From positions 12,392,568-12,456,567 of the forward strand of contig NW_002060943.1 of the NCBI RefSeq assembly GCF_000150275.1: 64,000 nucleotides of DNA, written 5' to 3'. The notes beneath the pieces were generated by a model that searched no databases, had not been told where the DNA came from, and saw only the letters and a list, made by a program, of their open reading frames with translations. The DNA is from Trichoplax adhaerens. Lineage: Eukaryota; Animalia; Placozoa. A program made the translations under genes and the position numbers. The first letter of the stretch is position 1. Each line of letters begins with the position of its first letter. Below, piece after piece: positions 13,721 through 27,060 of the stretch.

Positions 13721-16700
13721 TTCTAAGATACTAGAAAAAATACTAATGATTGAACGCGTTGTAAACGCTTTCTGGAACCATTCATTTATGCGATCTGATA
13801 GACTGGTATAAAAATTACGAAAGCTCCATCAGTATCAAAGGGACATTAATGAGCTATAAGAACCGCTATTTATTTTTTTGCAATCATGCATATTTTCCAA
13901 GAAGAATATGACAACAACTACGTCATGGTTAAAATTAAAATTCTATTGATTGTATACTAGTATTATGTTAATATATTATTTTATACGTAAATATACGCGT
14001 AAGTGAAAGAGTTATAGACTCATAGCGTCTGTTAGACTTTATTATCATCACTCCTTTTCCTTTAATTAATGGATTGATTAGTCTTCTCATACATCCCTTT
14101 TTAATTAGTTAGTCGGTTAGATAGTCAACTAGTTTATCAATTGCTATTAAATTGTAAAGACTATAATCTTGGGTGCCAAGATTTCTTCAGTAATAAATGG
14201 TAGTAAATCTCTGACTACCTCGTCTACACTATCTGTGACGCTATAATTATACCACAGTATTCGGTCGTTGGAACTGAATTATTTGGTGATATAGCTAATC
14301 TCGCCTCTATAAGTCAGTAAGTGGCGTTCTCCGCAAGGATTGGCGTGTGTAGACTACTTTGTCACTAGTGGCGTGTGACAATATGCCTACTGGTATGTTT
14401 ATAGAGTCGCTGGCTTGAAAATGAACTGAAAAAATTATACACGGCTATATTTTAGATTCGCTAAGTACTACATATAAATAATTAAGATTCCAGATAAGCC
14501 TTCATAAGATACATTATTTCCAGCTTTATTGAAAATTTAGTAATTGCTATTGTATTCTTCTATTACTGCCCGTAGAACATAAAATTCTTAAACATTATCA
14601 CTCTCCCAAATTTGTCCTAAAAACAAAAATAAAAGTTGTCATGGACGTATTAAATGGATCTTTAATTATTAAACTAAATACTACTGTTTCAAATTAATCG
14701 CACACGAAAAGTTAATATGACGATGTTATAACGTGTAATCCCTTTGGTTTCATATGTAGAAAAATTTTAGTGCTTGGATATGAAGTCTCTAGAATGATTT
14801 TACATGCCTGCGAAATGTCAGAGATATCTCTAACGGATGTTTCATGAATAAAATGATCATATAAATTAGTAATAGTTACCAAGCTATCGGTAAAATGTTA
14901 AAGCATATCCGACTTACTGTCCCAATTGCTTGGAAATAAAATCAGTATAAGATTTGAAGTAATACGGTTTTATCTCGTTAGAGGCAAATTTTATGAAATA
15001 GTATTGCCAGTCTCTCATCTAACGTAATGCTTCTATCAAACGTGCTTATCATATAATTTGTCGTGTTTTATCAATGTTCATTGACTTTCTAAGTTTTCAA
15101 TACATGATGAAACTCTTAATTTTACTGGAAGTTTTGTTAACGTGTGTGTGAAAAATTCACTGCTGACGTTTACAATACAGTAATAGTTTTATTTGATATT
15201 TTATATAAGTTCGGTTTATATCCTAAATAATTTATCTTACCGTATGTGATAGAGTGTCTTCTTAAAAATATAACAAGAACTGCTGTTTCTTGTAAACTTC
15301 ACTTCATTACATAAGATTAGGTTCATCTTACAACTACCAAGGACTATCTAATTGCAATCAGATTATATAATAAGCGAATAAACTTTACAGTATTATTACG
15401 TTTATTCGATCAATATACTGTTCAGTGTACAATATATAAGAAGATGAATTTGTATGGAATTTCATTCGAACTATGATTCTATTAGCTTTGTTTAATTTTT
15501 TATGTAGAAAAAAACAAATCTTCTTACTCATTTACTGAATAAGTAGTTTAGTTAAAAAGCTGCAAAGTAAAATCAATATTATTTAGGGATAGTAGCATAG
15601 AATCTATGGTAACTATAATAAGCTGATTTTCTAATTATGGTTTCGTTAAAATCTAGTTTAGAAAATGAGTAATATTCGTATAATCGCTATTTATTATTAT
15701 GCATTGCCATTAAGCTATTAATCGTATGGTCAGAGTAGCCTTTTTAAAACATAGCCGGGTACAAGTGGTCCTGTTATCTTCAATTATAATATTAACGTAG
15801 ATTCTGTAGAAAGGTTTTGCACATTTAAAGTCCATATGTTATATGCATATAGTAGATTTCCTAGTGAGATGGCAATATTTCTCACGTCAAAATACTATGA
15901 ATTCACAACCAAAACATTCGATCATGCTAGCAGAAAAATACTTACCCACACATAATAGGATATTTATTTCACATCCTTCGATACAAGTAATAAAAGATTT
16001 AAGCCAAGTTGCTATTATTAATTAACACACAAATATATCAACTATACCCGGCTACAGTAAAACGAAGTATTAAGACAGTGGGTTTCATTTTATCAATTAT
16101 AGTATAAAAGTAATCGTTATGAAATGAAGAAATGCCGTGCTAATTCAATGTAGATCTATTTAACACCAATAGTAGTTTTCTCAATCTAAAAATTCAAAAA
16201 ATTGGCTACCAGTACTATCAAACTTTGAAAATAAACTAATAAAATCAAATGAAGAAGTAATATAAATGATTAATGAAGAGTTTCTGAAAAATTTTTGCAT
16301 TGCGCTTTCCTCACAACATGATTACTTTTAGCAGTTTTTATTAATTTTAAAAATTTCAACGATAATAGGAACACGATTTTTCTTGTTATTGCAGGTCTTA
16401 CAAAAATATAATGACATTTTCCCATGTGAATTAGATATTGATGATTATAGCAAAAATTGAACAATGTAATAGTACAATGTTCATTTATTCATGTAGCAAT
16501 GCTGCTTGACTTGACTTTTTTACTATGCTTGATTAGTTTAAATACGCAAAGCAATAAGAAATTGAAAGTAAAGAAGGTAATTTATGAATAAAATGGTTAT
16601 TCGAGGCTGATTTTATTAGTAGCCATTAAGAATAAAATAGTAAACACAAGTTGAATCATGAATTGCTAAATACCACAAACTATTCATCATGTCTCTTATA

Positions 16701-19700
16701 AATGATAGTATGCGGCATAATTATCCCTCAGATATATGCTTAAATAACATCTTTATTATAAAAAGCTTCTAATGAAATCAGAATCCATCGTGTCATATAC
16801 AATTTCTTTCAAATTGGATAAGGACAGAAATATAATTCTGCCGTCGATGTAAAATTTTACAAAAAGTGAAGATAGCACTTTAATCTGGTCCACCGTCTGG
16901 CATTGACTTCTTCAGCACGATATTTTGGTTTAATTTATAAGGATAGAAGTTTAGTCAGATAGTATTGCTTTTAGACGACAAAGACAGAAGCTATCAGATT
17001 TAGAAAAGGAAGGAACCGACTACTGCGGAAGTTGAATTTCTGGCTTAAATCTACTATCGCATATTTTATTTCATTAAGTTTACCCTTTATCCATCTGCTT
17101 CTTGCATTCTTGAACGGACATCTGTACTATTATATTACTGAATCGATATACATCTCCTACCGGTTAAGTTAAAATTAGAATTTTCAAAGAAACTTGTTTT
17201 GGTAGACTTATTTCCCTATCATTGTTAGTCAATCTAAGCTGTTAAATATATCTTAACGGATATTCATACCATGTCTGATCGTATCTTGTAAACTATACTG
17301 ACAGTATAAATATCCAAAGTTGTTGTTTGGACGCCTTGAATCAAGTTTATTGATATCGATGGCAACGATTGGCAATTTATTGATCTTAGCAGGGGTAAAG
17401 TTTCCATTTTGAGGAGCGCAACCGTCGCTTTATTGTATACGAAGAGTTATGAATAAAAGACAAGAAAAGCTGGAATTCATCTGTAAGAAACGGAATTTTT
17501 CTTGTATTTAGAATAGGTAAGGTAAATATATTTATAGTACTACAAATACGATTGATTAAATACCAACAGTCTCTTTAGACCCTATCAGAATCAATTGTTT
17601 AATAAGTCGTAAAAATAAATCTAGTTATGCAGAAATTAATCCGCTAGGCAATAATGCTGATGCTGCAACAGAGTAATTTAACATGATTGTAAAATTGTGG
17701 TATTTGATTACAAAGGTAGTGCCGCTATGCGTTTATTATATAGTCGTTAAGTAGCTCTGTATTACAGATCGATTTATGGACCTAAGATATTGTTATCCGT
17801 AGCGAAGATTTTCTTTATTTATTACCAGGGGATATAAACTCGAAGGGGAAGAGAGACGATTCCAATATAATAGCCAAAATAATAGTCATCTGCCGTATGT
17901 CTTCCCTAAAGTTCTATTTAAGTTACAGCAGCAATATGAGCATATCATCTCAATGTTGAGGATGCTATAAAGAAGCAACGTATACACGATTGGGAAAGAA
18001 AACGATTGTGAATAAGAATCATATCAAATTTCGAGAGTATTGCCTATATTGGAAGTACAGATACGAAACAATATAGATTACAATAATATTGATAATGAAA
18101 GAAGTAGTTTTAAATATCATTCCAGAACCCCGAAATCAACGTGAATTTGAAATAGTAATAACAGACGATTACATATCTTGACGTTTTTGACGAATAAAGT
18201 GAATACAAAACGAATAAAAAGAAAGAATATAGGAGTAATAGGAATCATAAAAATTCCAGGATATTTATTATATTTGGCAATTTTAAAGTCTGCAAATCCA
18301 ATGGAATAGATGATAGAAGAAAATCCCTTCAATATACACGATACAGGGTACTTAAGTCATGAAATTGATTTTATACTCTGAATCGGTATAGATTTGTCCG
18401 TGAAATAGGGGTAAATAAGTTATTTCGACGTCTTCACATGAATGACAAAGATACCATTTTATCGCATTATCCTTTTCAAGTACAAAACTATTACTTTCAT
18501 GATACAATTCATTAACTGTAAATGCTACCAAAATGGATAACTTTAATAAACAATAATAGAAGAATGAAAGGTAGAAGTATAAATATAGTGAAAAATTCTT
18601 ATCCAATATTTGTTAAAGATCAGTTCGTGTAAAATAAAAAACTTCTATCAATCCATCGTGGAAAAATAGGTCCTTTACTACTTTTTTCATTATGCAATTT
18701 GTAAGCCAATAGAAACACTGTAGTAGAATCATTATTAGTATTTTCGAACAAATAATTTATAAAATGGTATTTCTTGCTGATCTACGAGTGCTTTGATTCA
18801 ACTGCTTTTTGGAAGCTTACTCTTCTTGTATTTCCATCATTGAATATAAATTATTGATCAGTCACAATTACTCCTATGCAAACAATTTGACAAAAATGTT
18901 CTATTTCACCTATTTTTAATCCATTATTGATGCTTAACTTAGCGTATAAATTGAAACCTGTCAATTTTCTATTTATTCTATCTAATGTGGCTGATATTAA
19001 TAAGATGCAAGAAATCCGATTAATATGAATCATCCAAATTTCTATGCTCGCAAAATAGTCTTCGAATGAGAAGGAAAACCAAGTATGAATAAATATGACA
19101 ATAGTCGGTTAGTCTCAGTATTATCATTTATTTCTGAGTAAAAGTAGCGTTTAATGATATATAGATTTACTTTCTAAGCCATTTCAAAGCCCGTGTTAAT
19201 CAAAGAAAAATGATAACTTAACATTACTGTAGAATTTAAGAACTAATTTAATGGTCTATTTTTACTTTTGATGTCATCTATTGAATTTATAGTTCAAATA
19301 AAGCACCAACAATTCTAGCCTAATTTCAGAGTTTATCCTATTAATCCGCTTTGATCTCAAATCTAAATAAATACCACTATAAAATTATTCTTATTCTGAG
19401 TTGAAACATTAAATTAGCATTTACAATAAATAAGCTCATTATTACCGCTTTCTCATCTTAAAATTTTTACAAACTACTATACTTTTTAATTAACAAGACC
19501 ATAGAGTGAAAACGAAATTTGGTATGAGTTCTTGAGATTTCATAATATTTAGCGAATAACTCTGTCTATTTTTAAATTCTATTCTAATTTGTAATGATTA
19601 AGGTCGAATCCAACAATAGATTTAAGTAAAGTATCGGTAGACAGCTTCTAATTTTAGAACATATCCTGATATTAGAAGTTATTTTTTCCGTTGCTCTTAT

Positions 19701-22039
19701 ACAATCTTAACTCAACCATTTCGCAAATGATTCCAATGCTTAATTGGCAAGATTAGACTTAAGTAGGATTTTGAAACACGTATTAAGATTGTCTGTAACT
19801 TATGCGATTTCATGATATGAATTAAGTGTATTCTATTTTTCGAAATGTATTCCTAACGTAGATTACGATTACCTTTATACAATCTTAGAGTTTCTACCAT
19901 TTTCTGGCAATATATCAAGTTAAGGCTATTTATATCTTTCTTCCCTTCATTTAATTTAATCCTAAATAAACAGTACAATTAATCCATTGCCTTAAATTCA
20001 ATTTGATCGTCGTACTTAATCAATAATTCAAAGAATAGACTAGTGACCTAATTAATTAAATTAATATTCAATTTGATGCATATTGTTAGTGGATTTAATA
20101 TGTGATTCTGATCTTACATATATTTTTTATAATCACCTGACAATACGCGCAAATTATTTCAGATAGTAAAAATTTAGAACGTGGACAAAGTAGCAGGAAA
20201 AAGTCAAATAGATCATTACGTTTATATATTGAAATTTCAAGCCAGAACGACTAGAGACAGAACTTACATAGTGTATAATATACACTGTATAGCCTAATAC
20301 AATACGGAATATTTTCTTGTAATCAAGGTTAAAACATCTCTTTGGAAAGGTAATTTACAGGAAGACCAGATCGTCAGCTCATTAGCATTTTTTACTCCAC
20401 CTTGTTAGATAATATCGATATGGTAATCAGAGAATGAGAAGAATTAATACAAATAGAAGATAATTTTAGTTATCTAGTTTGCATTAGGAAGAAGAATAAG
20501 TTTATGAAGCCCTTTGCATTGTATTATTCTGTTAAATGATAAAAGGCGTGAATGGTGAATGGTATATTGCCGATTATTTTTGATTACTTTTCATACCAGA
20601 TAATTCGGGCTATAAGAATGCCAATTTAATTAAAAGTAAAGCTTACATAGGAGTAAGAGCTTATATAGATTGTATTTTGTCATTCAATTCGTAGCTTATT
20701 TTATATTGGAGTTAGGATATTTGCTTTACCCCATTTGCAATCAATTATTAAAGTATTGCTGCTATCATAACAGTCAAGGGAGTTAAAGCTGTTTAGTATT
20801 CGATTAAATACTACGATATACCTAGTCAGCTTCGCATCAATCAAAATAAATTAAGGCTATTATCGCGAATATGCGGTCGTTTAGAGTTACTCAATGGCTT
20901 TCTAGATTGTACATGAACTTTGCAATGCAGTACCTAGTGCGTATTTAAAACTTTCATTATCGATATACAATCCTTCCATCGAAGTTGTCTTAGTAAGTGA
21001 TATGGTTAGCTTTAAATTCATTTTAACTTTGTTGATAGTAAACTTGTTTCCAATAGCTGTTGTAGTGTATTTAGAATATACTGTAACTATATTCTACTCT
21101 TAAATATAGACATGTTGTATTGATCTTATATGTAGACATATCTACAGTCTGTTCGCTCTACATTCAAATATAGCTTACTACATTTAGTTATTACAGTCCT
21201 CACTATTTTCTACAATCATCTGCTATTCCATAACCTGTTATGGTATATGTTGTATCTAATCCTACAATCATGTTATCTGCATGTATTCTAATGCCATAGC
21301 TATAAATACCGCCGTTTTCTACCTTAGATTTGTTAAGTCGCATTATTAGTCACAGTTAATATTCACACTTTACTCACGGCAGTTACCACGCTGACCTACC
21401 GTAATTATCACACTGTCCCTAACTACAATCTACAATAAAGTATCCTCTTTTCTTGAACTCCTTGTGCAATTAATCCTCTGCATGGCAACTAAAACCACAT
21501 TATCTGGCTCTTCGAACCCTCCATCACAGCTGTCATACACTGTATGATTTTATTTCAGTTTTATAGTGATAGAAATTTGAACTAAAATTACCATAAGTTT
21601 GATAATATATAATTATCTTACAATCCGAAGCAATAACAGTTTTCAGTGATTTTTATCCTGACAGCTATCTCAGCTTATCTTGTTCCATCGGATAATATAC
21701 CGGTACTTGGCTTTATTCTTGAAACTATTCTCGATATTTGATATGCCACATGAGATGATTTTTTTACGAGTGATAGTAAAAGGGCAAGCTATGATTAGAA
21801 TTACTATAAGCTGGTTATCTTGCATTACTTACTAAGCGTAGAATCGTCGTAACACATTTTCATTTTGACGACTTTCTTCAGGCATCGTACTCTATCAGAT
21901 ACGAACTCGACTTTCTTCTTTACAGTATTATTTCTGATGTTTATTATAAATAATTCGGCTATACTAGATATGAATCAGTTGGTTTGTATCACTGCCGCAT
22001 TGGAAGATATATTCTACTTTTCACTTTTAATGTTATTCT

Positions 22040-22705
22040 TAGCATTTGATATGAATAATTATAATTAGTCAAAAAGAAACATGATGATGATCATCATCTT
22101 GAATATAACTGGAGTGTAGTAGTCATTATCTGGTACTGGTATTTTATTTAGATGAACTCTTCATGTAAGCAACAATCTCAGTTGCCATTTGCTTCCATAA
22201 TTGCTCCCATAATTACCGCGATTGATTTGTAATTGTATCATCAAGAACGATTACTTATTCTCTATATTTGACAAAAATCAATCCCATCAATAGTAGGCTA
22301 AAATGATTCGAGCTCTCTAAATTCATGGCGTTGTAGTGGCAATGGGCAATATAAGACGTGAATAAACGGCTTTTCTTGTATCACATTGGACATTGTATCT
22401 AATTTATTACTCTTTATGCTTTTTCTAGCATTTGACACAAATAATTAGTCGAAAATAAATATCCTAATAACCATCTTGAAAACAACTAGAGTCTAATGGA
22501 TATTTTGCAATACTGTTACGTTTATCGAAATAAATTCTTCATATCAACAACAGTTTTAATAGCCATTTGCTCTTATAATATGTTATAACTATTGCAATCA
22601 ACTTCCAATGGCATTAATAAGAACGAATATTACATATTCTCTAAGCTTGAGGTAAGTCAATTCCGTAAATGACAGACTAAAATGACAAGAGCTTTCCAAA
22701 TTCAT
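22040..22705. repeat. Diverged tandem duplication (period ~386 bp)
   Basis: TAGCATTTGA..ATAATTAGTC..CATCTTGAA..GCCATTTGCT..AAGAACGA..TATTCTCTA..CTAAAATGA..GAGCT..AAATTCAT are colinear from 22040 and from 22426. Confidence 0.8.
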
Positions 22706-23605
22706 AGAGAGCTGAATTAATAAGAGGCTATAAATTTAGATGCAAATGAATGATGGGACAAATTTCCAACATGGCCATAATCTGACCTCCTATGGCTCCC
22801 TTGCTTCTTAGAAACGGTTCTTCCTGGGATTCATTTCATTCTTAGTTGGTCAAAATCGTACCCGAAGAAGGGGATAGAATGATAAGAGCAATCTTAATTT
22901 GAACCAAGTTATGTGTGATTAACAATGCGAATGCTACTCTTGAGACATCTTCTGAACAAAAAATTATGAAAAACGTGGCATTCAACGAGATGGAGACACG
23001 ACTAAATCTTGTCTATTAGCCGATGAATAAAACGGGTTACTAATGGCCTTACATATTACTTGATTGTTTTTTTTCATTTTAAGGCACGAAAAAGCTATCC
23101 GACACATATTAAAGAATAGATTTGAGACGAGCAATCAATAATTTATCCTTCCGGTAGAGATGTTTACCCATATTTTATTGGTCTCACACCTACGTCATGA
23201 TTATTTTGGAATAATATCGTCTAAACCATATAATCAATCACGAAAATAAGTTTTACTCGGTTAATTTCTATTCCATCCCATTGATTGACTTTAATCATCG
23301 ACCCATCCGCCCACTTTCCTACTTTCATAATAAAATGGTATAAATAAAAATGAAATGATAATTTTATATTTAAAGAGGGGATCAGTATTACCCTAATAAA
23401 TTATTGCTGGATAGTTGGGCTATCGTGAACATCGAAAGGATGTTCATCAATTTATATCTGTTCGTTTCATTTGCTGTTCTTCCCAGCAAAAATATAAAAT
23501 AATTAATGCAATGAATGATGAATGATGTTATTAATATTACCATCTTTTATTAATAATTTAATAAGGACTTTAATGATACAATACATTCAATATTGAATAA
23601 AAATC

Positions 23606-24025
23606 TTATCGATTTAAAATAATCATTAAACTGTTCCACTTATGTAGTATAGGCTGAATGGTCAAGACTTTTATTTCTACACTTGTGATTGAAAAATATC
23701 CGACAGAAATCGCAGTAAAATACGGATAATTGAGCTCTAAGATAAAATTATTATCATGTATTATTTTTGTATTGAAAAAGTATTGATTTTTTTGACTTTT
23801 AAATGGATCAGTAACTGAAATATTTACGTTATATATTAATATTTCTGTATTTATTGCTACTTTAAATTGCACTTTTTCATTTTCTGTTCTTCCGCTTATT
23901 CTATTCATGACATGCTCTAAAGTTATCGATTCAATGGTCCTAGCTTGTATTATCCTTTCTTTTACAAGTTTTTGTTGGTTATAATTAACCGAATAGGCAT
24001 CACTTTCAAAACGTAAAGTATTCAT
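23606..24025 (-). CDS. Orphan intronless 139-aa ORF, hypothetical
   Basis: Longest ATG-initiated ORF in the 30-kb desert. It is Ile/Asn/Lys-rich with alternating hydrophobic, beta-strand-like segments. No family recognised with certainty. Confidence 0.4.
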   Translation of the reverse strand: MNTLRFESDAYSVNYNQQKLVKERIIQARTIESITLEHVMNRISGRTENEKVQFKVAINTEILIYNVNISVTDPFKSQKNQYFFNTKIIHDNNFILELNYPYFTAISVGYFSITSVEIKVLTIQPILHKWNSLMIILNR

Positions 24026-25510
24026 TCTAACTAGTCATGATGTCAGTTATTGTCTAATAGGGTAATGAGAATCATCACTAGACTTTCATCTGTCCTACAA
24101 CGAGATCAAGATTCTTGCTGTCTATTCTCCCGCATGTTTATTTTTAAATTTTTAATCTTGATATTATGATGTAAAGCTTTACTTTGAACCCAATGCTATA
24201 ATAATATATAATTTATCCATTTCTATTGAGTCATAGACAGATTATTTATATAATTTGGTTCGAAGCGAATGATTTTATTCAATCGCTCAATTTATCTTTT
24301 CAATTTATAATTTATCCAATTCATATTTCCTGACACATCACGCAGATTATTTATATTCACTAGTTGAAGTCTAATAAATTCATTCGTCCTATCATATTCA
24401 TTTCTTATCGACCATCATCACCAACATTGAAAGCAGCTTCCTAATTTCTACAGTCTCGATAGCCGGTCTTTTCTCCAAGGTAAGCTCGATCATATAGCAG
24501 ATTAGACGCGATTTTTTTGATTTGTAGTAAGATGGTAAGGCGTAGATCAAGTTTATTTCCTTGGTGGATAGCAACTATTTTCATAATATACGCCTATACA
24601 TCGAAAATAGGATGCCTTAGCCAGAAGAATTCCGATTTAATTTATATAAAGTTCATTTACCATATTAAAGCAGCGGCTTTAAAGTACAAGATAGAAAGAT
24701 GATTAGCATTTAATCCGTGCAGTAGTAACATTTTAAGGATACATACAAATTCATTATAGCCAGTACCGGCATTTGCATCGAAATCAAGCAGTTAAAGCCA
24801 ACTCGTAGTTTCAGATATAGTCATCTCTTAACAAATATAATGATAGATAATACAAAGCCCTGTAATTCTTCGGCACATGATGAAAATAAGCAAATCATGA
24901 AATGACTCATGATGGGAATCATCAATGAATGAAATGACCGAGATATTTTATGCTGATATCCTATCTCATCAGGATGTAGCTAAAAAATCAGGAAAATTGG
25001 TAAATTTAAAATTTATATTATATATCTTGTTATAATATCGAAGAAGTGTAAGAAGGGTTCAGATTTACATGCTTTATAAGGTTAGGGAGTTGATTACTTC
25101 AATTGATATTAAATACAATACGAATAAAATAGGTTATAGCACTTATTTAGGATTTTTTATTGCTTAGATTTAAATATAATTCGCTGAAAGCTTCCAATTT
25201 AGCTGTTTTTATTTCATAAAGTAGATAGTTAGTTCGAAGGTGATACAGAATTTAATTATTGTATAATATCGATTTAAATTTGGATTACATTGCCATGCTG
25301 CAGTTGCGGTTTAGTAACGATTGAATTGGGTTCATATCGTAATGTATTGGAAAAGACTATTAGCCATATAGTAGAAACGATTACTAGAATAGCCAGATTA
25401 CCTTTACTGACCCAGTCTTGTACTAATTGTAAGCATTGAGCTATTCTTTATATAAATGTAACTGTAATTTCAACACATTACAACGAGTATGTAATCCGCC
25501 TATTTGTGCA

Positions 25511-25529
25511 CCCTAACCCTAACCCTAAC
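25511..25529. repeat. Interstitial telomere-type repeat (CCCTAA)3
   Basis: CCCTAACCCTAACCCTAAC is the reverse complement of metazoan TTAGGG repeats. Confidence 0.75.
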
Positions 25530-26604
25530 TTTAAAATTACCAATACCATTGGTAAATCAAACATGATTACCATTAAGTATTTTTTACATATAATATTCTA
25601 CTACTTAAAAGGCATTTAGCCTTGGCTATAAGGAGGTTATACCCAATTAATTTAAACAAACCAGGTAGATAAATATCTTGAGTTAAGCTGATGGTTAAAG
25701 CCGATATTGACGGGTCGTCCTTACTTATAACATGATAAATGATACAGACAGAATCTATATTTCTCTTCATAAGCCCATAAAATGGGAAATAAATTATGCT
25801 TAAAGTCTACTACATAAAGTAATATAAGTACAATATGTATACCTGCACTAGAATAACTGATTATAATAATTAGGCAATTTTTATAAAGTTATTTCAGTGG
25901 TTTAGAACTACTGTAGAGAATGAAATTCTAAAGAAGTCAGCAGGAAAAGCGTCATAAGATGCAGTTGAAGATATTTTCGGGTAGTCATAGCGACAATTAA
26001 ACTAAGAAATAATAAGAAGAATTGCTTCGGTTGATGAGATCAATTTTTCATTGATCAATCCGCCAATTGTAATAATAAATTTTCCATAGCTTGAAAATAA
26101 GATGCCTTACTAAATCTAATTTCTTAATTATGGCGTAGAAAAGGTGTAAAATTTAGTAGACATGAAGACGGCTAAAAACAAACTTATTATACATTAATGT
26201 TGGCGCAGAAAGGAAGCGTCATCATTCCATGAATAGGGAGAGAGCGGATAGAAAAGAATGATAATGATACCGGATTAAATCTTTACTATATTAACCTCGA
26301 ATAAATATCAGCACTAATATGAGGGCAAAATAATTTCCCTACTTAAATTTTTAGGAAGTTGGGGTGTCTACGCCAAATTCTTATTAAAATTATTAGAAAT
26401 CATGGAATCATGTAACCTGTTTCAAAGAAATGGGTTTGTTTGTGAAAAGGAGTGATCAACGTGAAGTGTTTTTTCCGCGATTTTATGACGTAATCATGTA
26501 TTAATATCCTCCAATAACAAATGATTTTCTGAGTTATATTGTTGCTGGACAGAATGTTTGTCTTGTACATCAACTACTTAAGAGATCGTTCCATTACAAG
26601 CATT

Positions 26605-27060
26605 AAAATACTTGCAAGTCATTAAAAGTTACATAATAACAATTTGATTTTAAACCCTTCATTTCTTTCTCAAAAAGAAGGAATTTGGAATCGAAGTGGC
26701 ATGTTCGATTAACGTTACTACTTATAGAAACGGTGAAATTAGTGAGTTCAACCACGACTTTGCACTTATAAGTCATTAAAGGTTATACCATGACGAGTGG
26801 ACTTTTGAACCGAGTATTCCGCTCTCTAGGAGAAGGAACTTGAAATAGGCAAATTTGTTTATCTTTGCTCTGAGTAGGCATGATCGAGCTCGTGAATTTG
26901 ATCACGATACTGTACTGACAAGTTCCTAAAAAGTTGCAAAACAACAATTAGACTTTTGAACCGTGCACTTCGATCTCTAAAGGAAGGAAATTAGGATGGA
27001 AATAAGCATATTAATTCAACTTTACTCCTTGTAGACATGGTGAAGTTCATGAATTGATCA
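26605..27060. repeat. Diverged tandem repeat ~152 bp x3
   Basis: AAGTCATTAAA/AAGTTCCTAAA anchors at 26616, 26770 and 26920, each followed by (GA)CTTTTGAACC-like, GAAGGAA and GTGA(A/G)TT motifs. Confidence 0.8.

Noticed and set aside
25511-25529. Telomerase RNA template
   Set aside because: Three full repeats is longer than a typical template, and no pseudoknot or structured GC-rich context is visible.
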